From an uncultured delta proteobacterium (lineage in GTDB: Bacteria > Desulfobacterota > Zymogenia > Zymogenales > Zymogenaceae), in the NCBI GenBank assembly GCA_963735595.1, contig CAVTLK010000002.1, positions 384,001 through 448,000 on the forward strand: DNA of 64,000 nt, read 5' to 3'. Made by a program: the position numbers and the translations under genes. Positions 58,021-64,000 of this stretch are shown piece after piece. Within the stretch, counting starts at the first letter, position 1. Each line of letters starts with the position of its first letter. The notes beneath the pieces were generated by a model. That model worked only from the letters and a program-made list of their open reading frames with translations, had not been told where the DNA came from and searched no databases.

Positions 58021-58049
58021 ACCGTATCACCGGCCGTTTTTAGTGTCAA
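58021..58049 (-). promoter_or_regulatory. sigma70 promoter for the aminotransferase operon
   Basis: TTGACA-N17-TACGGT with TGn. Confidence 0.55.
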
Positions 58050-58219
58050 GCGGAATGTAGGGAAATAGGCCGGGCGGTATATGTGAAGGGGGCGTATATA
58101 GATACAGTTCGGTATCGTCGGCGGGCCGATTTCTACGGATTTTATTATTATTTTTTCCTTGTAATTACCATCAATATGGTTATATTATAAGTAGATTACT
58201 TTGTTTTCGAGGTAGTGTT

Positions 58220-58609
58220 GTGCCGATCTACGAATATTCATGCACAAAATGCGGGAAGACCATCGAGGCGATGCAGAAGATGTCCGACCCGCCGCTGAAG
58301 AAATGTCCCCAGTGCGGGGGGGCGCTTGCCAAGATGATATCCAGCACGAGCTTCGTCCTCAAGGGGACCGGCTGGTACGCCACCGACTACGCCAAGAAGG
58401 GTAACGGCTCGGGCAACGGGTCGGGCAACGGGAAGCGCACCGACCATAAAGATCATGGGGACCACGGCAAAGACGTCGACATAAGAAAGGACACTTCGTC
58501 GCCCGAGAAGACCGCCGAGGCCAAGGCCGAGAAGACTGTGGAGAAGGCCGCCGAGAAGGCTACGGAGAAGGCCGCCGAGAAGGCAGCGAAGTCCGGTTCG
58601 GAGGTTTAG
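58220..58609 (+). CDS. FmdB-family zinc-ribbon protein with low-complexity tail
   Basis: [31 protein letters not shown]; tail of AEKA repeats. Confidence 0.9.
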   Translation: MPIYEYSCTKCGKTIEAMQKMSDPPLKKCPQCGGALAKMISSTSFVLKGTGWYATDYAKKGNGSGNGSGNGKRTDHKDHGDHGKDVDIRKDTSSPEKTAEAKAEKTVEKAAEKATEKAAEKAAKSGSEV

Positions 58610-58638
58610 TCCCTCCCTCACCGGTATCCGTCTATTCC

Positions 58639-58669
58639 CCCCGTTTCGGAAGAAACGGGGTTTTTGTTT
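58639..58669 (+). terminator. Intrinsic terminator after the FmdB gene
   Basis: CCCCGTTTC-GGAA-GAAACGGGG followed by TTTTT. Confidence 0.8.
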
Positions 58670-58754
58670 AAAGTCAGCCGTTGCGCAGACTTACGAAGGG
58701 TCCCGCACTCTATATCCCGTCCGCGGAAAAAAGCACGCCCCATAAAAATTCTCC

Positions 58755-58790
58755 TTGCTTTTTAAAAAAACTGAATGTATATTCATTCAG
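58755..58790 (+). promoter_or_regulatory. fadAB promoter overlapped by a FadR(YsiA)-type TetR operator
   Basis: TTGCTT-N17-TATATT; palindrome CTGAATGTATATTCATTCAG at 58771-58790 covers the -10. Confidence 0.8.
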
Positions 58791-58907
58791 TATTTTGATG
58801 GATTGATGAGAGTAGATGATATGCCATGTGTTTTCAGTTAGTTATCATCACTCACCTAACGGCAAGATATCCCAAAATAAGCTATCGAAAATAATAAGGA
58901 GGAAGCA

Positions 58908-60098
58908 ATGGCTCAAAAATTACGGGATGTTGTTATGGTGGACGGTATCCGGACCCCCTTCGGCAGGGCCGGGGAGAAGGGCTTTTTCTGGCTGACCCGC
59001 GCCGACGACCTGGTCACCAAGGTCATCGACGAACTGCTTCACCGCAACCCGCAGATCAAACCGGATATGGTCGACGAAAATATCTGGGGCGCCTCCACGC
59101 AGACGGGAGACCAGGGGATCACCATGGGCAGGACGACGGTACTCACGTCCAACCTCGACGTCTCGACGGCCGGCTGCTCGGTGGACCGTATGTGCGCGGG
59201 CGGTATGACGGCGCTGACCTACGGCGCCGGCCAGATCGCGATGGGCGCGGCCGACTGCATCATCACCGGCGGCGTTGAGCACATGGGGCACCACCCGATG
59301 GGCGCAGGGGCTGACCCCAACCCGCGGCTCTTCCAGGAGAACATCGTCACGGTTGACGACATTAACATGGGAAAGACGGCGGAGAACCTGCACGACATGT
59401 TCCCGGATATCAAGAAAGAGACGTGCGACGAGTACGCCATCTTCTGCCAGCAGAAGGCCAAGAAGGCGCTGGATTCGGGCATGATCGGCAAGATGATAGT
59501 CCCCATGACGGTTTACACCAAGGACGGCTGGACCCGGGCGGATTACGACATGCAGCCCCGGCCCGAGACGACCATGCAGGGCCTGGCCGAGCTCAAGACC
59601 CCGTTCCGCGAGGGCGGCCGGGTTACGGCCGGTAACTCGTCGGGCCTCAACGACGGCGCGGCCGGCGCTATCCTGATGTCGGCGGACCTCGCAAAAGAAC
59701 TGGGCTTAAAACCCGTCATCAAGATCTTCGGCTGGGCGTTTGCCGGTGTACCGCCCAAGATCATGGGATACGGGCCCGTCCCCTCCACGAAGAAGGCGCT
59801 GAAGAATTACAACATGAAATTCGAGGACTTCGGCCTCATCGAGCTCAACGAAGCCTTCGCCGTTCAGGCGATCGCCTTCATGAACGAGTTTGGATTGAAG
59901 GTCGTGGACGACCCGAGGATGAACATCTATGGCGGCGCGATCGCCTTCGGGCATCCGCTGGCCTCCTCCGGAATCCGGCTGATGATACATCTGATGCACG
60001 CATTCCAGGAAAGGAAGAACGTCAAGTACGGCATGACAACGATGTGCGTCGGTCTCGGGCAGGGCGGGACGGTTTTCTGCGAAAACCTCCTGGCCTAA
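58908..60098 (+). CDS. fadA: Acetyl-CoA C-acyltransferase (thiolase)
   Basis: DRMCAGG, NEAFA, GAIAFGHP, MCVGLGQG. Confidence 0.95.
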   Translation: MAQKLRDVVMVDGIRTPFGRAGEKGFFWLTRADDLVTKVIDELLHRNPQIKPDMVDENIWGASTQTGDQGITMGRTTVLTSNLDVSTAGCSVDRMCAGGMTALTYGAGQIAMGAADCIITGGVEHMGHHPMGAGADPNPRLFQENIVTVDDINMGKTAENLHDMFPDIKKETCDEYAIFCQQKAKKALDSGMIGKMIVPMTVYTKDGWTRADYDMQPRPETTMQGLAELKTPFREGGRVTAGNSSGLNDGAAGAILMSADLAKELGLKPVIKIFGWAFAGVPPKIMGYGPVPSTKKALKNYNMKFEDFGLIELNEAFAVQAIAFMNEFGLKVVDDPRMNIYGGAIAFGHPLASSGIRLMIHLMHAFQERKNVKYGMTTMCVGLGQGGTVFCENLLA

Positions 60099-60135
60099 TT
60101 CCTCTTAATAATGCTGACATTCTGGAGGTAATAAA

Positions 60136-62180
60136 ATGGCCTATCAAGAATTAGTCACGAAATTCAACGTGACCTTCAATAAATCCCGGGCGGGGAAGGT
60201 CGCCGTCGTCACTATGGACAACGGCGAGAACTACACCAAGCCCAATACCTTTGGCTACGGCGGCCTGACCTCTCTATCGGAAGCGATCGACAAGGTAAAC
60301 GCGGAAAAGGACGTCAAGGGAATGATGCTCGTGGGCAAGCCCTTCATCTTCGCGGTCGGCGCGGACCTGGACGGCACCGCGGACATCACAGACCGCTGAC
60401 GACGGATACAAGATCGGCAAGGCCGGCCACGACGCCATGAAGAAGATCTACGACCTGAAGATCCCGACGCTGGCGGCCATAAACGGCGCGATCATGGGCG
60501 GCGGTATGGAGATCGCCCTCTACTGCAAGTACCGCAGTGTGTCGGACGCGGTCGGCATCGCCGCGCTGCCGGAATGCTTCCTGGGCCTGGTCCCCGGATG
60601 GGGCGGCACGCAGCTCCTCCCGAAGCTGATCGGACCGGAAAAGGCGATCGAGATCATCATCACCAACCCGCTCAACCGCAACAAGATGATCAAGGCCAAG
60701 GATATGCTGGAATTGGGCATCGCCGACAAGATGTTCCCCAACGGCGAGTTTTACGATATGTCCTTTGATCTCCTGGTCGACATCATCGACGGCAAGGTCA
60801 AGATCGACCGCAAACCGGTAGACTGGTCGAAGCTCGATGATCTCTATAACGACGACCAAGGCGTTCATCGACGGAAACGTACACGGAGCGGCCATCGCCC
60901 CGTACAAGGCGCTCGAACTCATCAAGGGCGCCAAGGACTGGGACCTCAACAAGGGATTTGACGAGGAGAGCAAGGCCCTCGGGGAGCTGATCATCAGCGA
61001 CCAGTGCCGCGCCGGCGTCTACAGCTTTGACCTGGTACAGCGCCGCGCCAAGAAACCGGTCGGCGTGCCGGAAGTCCCGCCCGCAAAGATCGTAAAGATC
61101 GGCGTCATCGGCGCCGGCCTCATGGGCGCGCAGATCGCCACGCTCTTCCTGCAGCGCTACGAGTGCCCGATCGTCATGAAAGACATCAAGCAGGAGTTCG
61201 TCGACAAGGGCCTCAAGTACGTCCACGACCAGGTGGATAAGCTCGTCAAGAAGGGAAAGGTCAACGAGGGCAAGGGGATCTGGCTGAAATCGCTGGTCAG
61301 GGTACGCTGGACTACAAGGACTTTGCCGACTGCAACTACATCATCGAGGCGGTCCTCGAAGAGATGCCCCTCAAGAAAAAGGTCTTTGCCGAGGTTGAGG
61401 CGCACATCAAGCCCGAGACGATTCTGGCCACCAACACCTCGTCGCTTTCCATCACCGAGATGGCAAAAGACCTGAAAAATCCGGAGCGCGTGGTCGGCTT
61501 CCACTTCTTCAACCCCGTCGCGGTGATGCCGCTGCTCGAGATCGTCAAGGGCGGCAAGACCAACGATCGTGACCCTTGCCACCGCGTTTGCGATGGGTAA
61601 GAAGATCAAGAAGACCTCGGTTCTCGTCAAAGACTCCGCGGCCTTCCTGGTCAACCGGCTCCTCATGCGCTGGATGGGCGAGATCATAAAGGTCGTCGAC
61701 GAAGGCAAGAACTCGTTCAAGGAGATCGACGAATACTGCGTGACCCTCGGTTTCCCGATGACCCCGTTCGCCCTGCTGGCGCTCGTGGGACCCGCCGTGG
61801 GCCTGCACGTAGCCGAGACGCTCAATAGGGCCTTCGGCGACCGCTTCTACATCTCCCCCGGATTTAAGAAACTGGTCGAGCTCAAGAAACCGGGTATCTA
61901 CGATTGGAACGGCAACGAGGATCCGGACGTAGTGGCCAACTGGCCGCGCGGCTCAAAGACCTTCACCCAGCAGGAGGTCATTGACCGCTTCCTGACGGGG
62001 GTGACAGAAGAGTGCCGCATGATCCTGGACGAGGGCGTTGTCAGTAACGCAAAGGATATCGATACCTGCATGATCATGGGTGCGGGCTGGCCCTTCTTCA
62101 TGGGCGGCATCACCAAGTACCTCGATCAGAAGGGATACTCCAAGAAGGTGACGGGAAAACTGCTGGCCAAAGACGAGTAG
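60136..62180 (+). CDS. fadB: Enoyl-CoA hydratase / 3-hydroxyacyl-CoA dehydrogenase multifunctional protein (frameshifted)
   Basis: FAVGADL, GGGME, PE..LGLVPGWGG, GAGLMG, TNTSSL, HFFNP. Confidence 0.92.
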
Positions 62181-62202
62181 GCAGACCGTCAATAGCGATG
62201 AT

Positions 62203-62232
62203 AAAGGGGCGCGTAACAGCGCCCCTTTTTTT
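62203..62232 (+). terminator. Intrinsic terminator after fadB
   Basis: AAAGGGGCGC/GCGCCCCTTT stem plus T run. Confidence 0.8.
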
Positions 62233-62300
62233 CCGGCGTGCATCTATACTGAATAAGGCTAACGGGCGGGTCCCGGCCGACGATGCCGCGTGGGGATCTC

Positions 62301-62573
62301 ATGAGGATACACAAGGTCTGCTACATCCAGCTCGTCGAAAACCCGATGATACACATCATGACCGACGAGCTTGATATCGGAAAGTACTATTACTTCAACC
62401 TGCGCACGGCCCGGTGGAACTTCGACGAGATCCCCCCGGAACTGATCGGAAAGGCCGAAGAGTTTCTGGGTGTCGATACGTTCGACGAACTGATTGCGTT
62501 TCGGGGACAGAAGCTCTCGCCGGAGGCCGAAACCGCCCGGGACGAGCTGACCGACGTATATCCGCAGCCATGA
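62301..62573 (+). CDS. Hypothetical small acidic protein
   Basis: About 90-aa ORF with host-like codon usage; no family recognised. Confidence 0.55.
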   Translation: MRIHKVCYIQLVENPMIHIMTDELDIGKYYYFNLRTARWNFDEIPPELIGKAEEFLGVDTFDELIAFRGQKLSPEAETARDELTDVYPQP

Positions 62574-62685
62574 TCCGGGCGACGCGGGCGGGCCGCAATA
62601 GCAACGGCGACGGCGGGAGCGCGTAGTCCGATTGTATCCCCGTGGGGATCTGGCCGGGCAACTACCGCTCGTGAGCTTTAAGGCT

Positions 62686-63212
62686 ATGAAATCTGATACC
62701 GAACAATCCCCGGTAACGGGGAATCGCAGCAAGGGGCGCCCTGCCAGGGTGTGGGCATTCGTGTGGGTGGGGATCGGTATCCTGGCGTTCCTTGCGGCCG
62801 GCTTTTTCCTGACTACTACAATTCTCTTTCGTTCCGCCTATACCGAGCCGAAACAGGAGGAGGCGCGAAACGATCCTTACCGACCTCTTTGAGTCCGAGA
62901 TGAGCTACTTCGCCCGACACCACTGCTTTTCGGCGGATGCCGGCCGCCTCGGGTTTGACCCGGATACGTCCCGACGCTACGAATGGGCGATCATCGCGGC
63001 GGACTGCACGTCATTTCGTCGCCCGGGCCTGGGCCAACCTCGACGACGATCCACAACTCGATATCTGGGAGATCACCGACGGCGACGCCTTCCGTCCCCT
63101 TCACGTCTTTGACGATAAAAAGGACATCGGCTACCGCATCGAGCCCCGCTCGACGGAGCGCTGGCGCCCGGTCGACGGGTATTTCAAGCCGCCGGTAAGC
63201 GATGAGCGGTAG
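62686..63212 (+). CDS. Type IV pilin-like protein lacking the G|FTLIE signal (2 frameshifts)
   Basis: Joined translation: TM (VGIGILAFLAAGFF), KQEEARTILTDLFESEMSYF, LGFDP..RRY, FVARAWANLDDDPQLDIWEI. Confidence 0.65.
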
Positions 63213-63270
63213 GGAAGGGCGAGGAAATGTCCCGTCGGGGCGTCCTTTATATCGAATTACCCTCGCTCTC

Positions 63271-63477
63271 CGTCATTGCGGGGAGGCCGTCAGGCCTCAG
63301 CGCGGCAATCCCCGTACTGTGACCGTGAACCCCAACTCGTCATTGCGAGAAGGCGTTAGCCGACGAAGCAATCTCCTCGCCGCCGGAGGCCCCGCCTCAA
63401 TAAGGAAGAAACAACCGCAGGGAAACCGGACGGGAGGATGAGATCGCTTCGGTCATTTCACTCCCCCGCGATGTCAG
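63271..63477. repeat. REP/RPE-like palindromic element cluster
   Basis: Two CGTCATTGCG...GCAATC units (63271, 63338) and one degenerate inverted unit GAGATCGCTTCG...CGCGATGTC (63440-63475). Confidence 0.7.
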
Positions 63478-63493
63478 CGGGATAGATACTCAG

Positions 63494-64000
63494 TTATTTC
63501 GTCCTATCCGGTTTTTCATCCGCTACCCGATAATAGAAAACCGTAACCGCAATAATCGCCGCGATCGTGATGAGCTGATAGGTCGTGAGCGTCCCGAAGA
63601 ACCACGCCCGCTCCGGGGCCCCTCGGAAGGGGTCGATGATCGAGCGGGAGGTGACGTACATCAGGACGAACAGGAGGATCAGCTCACCCCGGAAGGCGGC
63701 CGTCTTCCGGCGGATCAAGAGCGTTACGACGATGACGAGGTTTGCGACAAGGTAGTAGACCTGGGTCGGGTGGAGCGGGATATTGAGCGGCGCGGCCTTC
63801 GATTCGGTAAAGACGATCCGCCCAGGGCAGTTCGGTGGGGGCGCCCCAGCAGCAGCCGGCCATGAGACAGCCGACGCGTCCGACGGCCACGATCAGGGCC
63901 AGCGCCGGGGCGGCCGTGTCGAGCCACTGCCAGGGATCGAGCCTTCTTTTACGAAACAGGATCAGCGCCACGATCAGCGCCCCAAAGAGAGCCCCCTGGA
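63494..64000 (-). CDS. lgt: Prolipoprotein diacylglyceryl transferase family protein, C-terminal part (frameshifted, truncated by window edge)
   Basis: D..AP, GRVGCLMAGCCWG.PT.LPWA, HPTQ, SRSIIDPFRG. Confidence 0.8.

Noticed and set aside
58505..58590. 12-bp GAGAAGGCCGCC-like tandem repeats
   Set aside because: They encode the ordinary low-complexity AEKA tail of an FmdB-family protein.

Overview
GC-rich chromosomal segment, most likely from a Desulfobacterota/deltaproteobacterium; the xerC-hslVU-argBDFGH-lipoprotein-lysA-dapF-dapA order and a pilGHI-pilD-type cluster point that way. Many genes, including core housekeeping ones, are split by 1-nt indels. This looks like uncorrected long-read assembly error, so I joined the fragments into single genes. 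Left to right: (1) 1-11.6 kb, minus strand: a surface-glycan cluster (GT2, WecB/TagA, B12 radical SAM, GT-C+TPR, priming phosphoglycosyltransferase, flippase-like protein) running into pilG/H/I-like genes and prepilin peptidase pilD, with no pilA. (2) About 11.4-22.0 kb: an AT-rich Wzm/Wzt polysaccharide island with a double methyltransferase, a pyruvyltransferase-GT fusion and a WaaZ-like transferase. (3) fadD, an orphan hydantoinase-A-type ATPase paired with a B12 reactivation-domain protein, DUF1858 and an MMPL transporter. (4) The housekeeping block xerC to dapA, ftsH, rlmD and a DenV-like glycosylase. (5) A 2-oxoacid:ferredoxin oxidoreductase operon whose delta subunit is fused to a GltD-like flavoprotein. 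(6) An uncharacterised minus-strand operon: class III aminotransferase, cupin, cryptic kinase-fold protein, KDSR-like ketoreductase and a membrane protein. This is my best candidate for an undescribed pathway. (7) FmdB zinc ribbon, fadA/fadB behind a FadR(YsiA)-type operator, a Myxococcus-PilA-like pilin lacking the prepilin signal, REP-like repeats and a divergent lgt. I saw no rRNA, tRNA, CRISPR array, transposase or phage genes. All family assignments are from motif recognition by eye; no database search was run.
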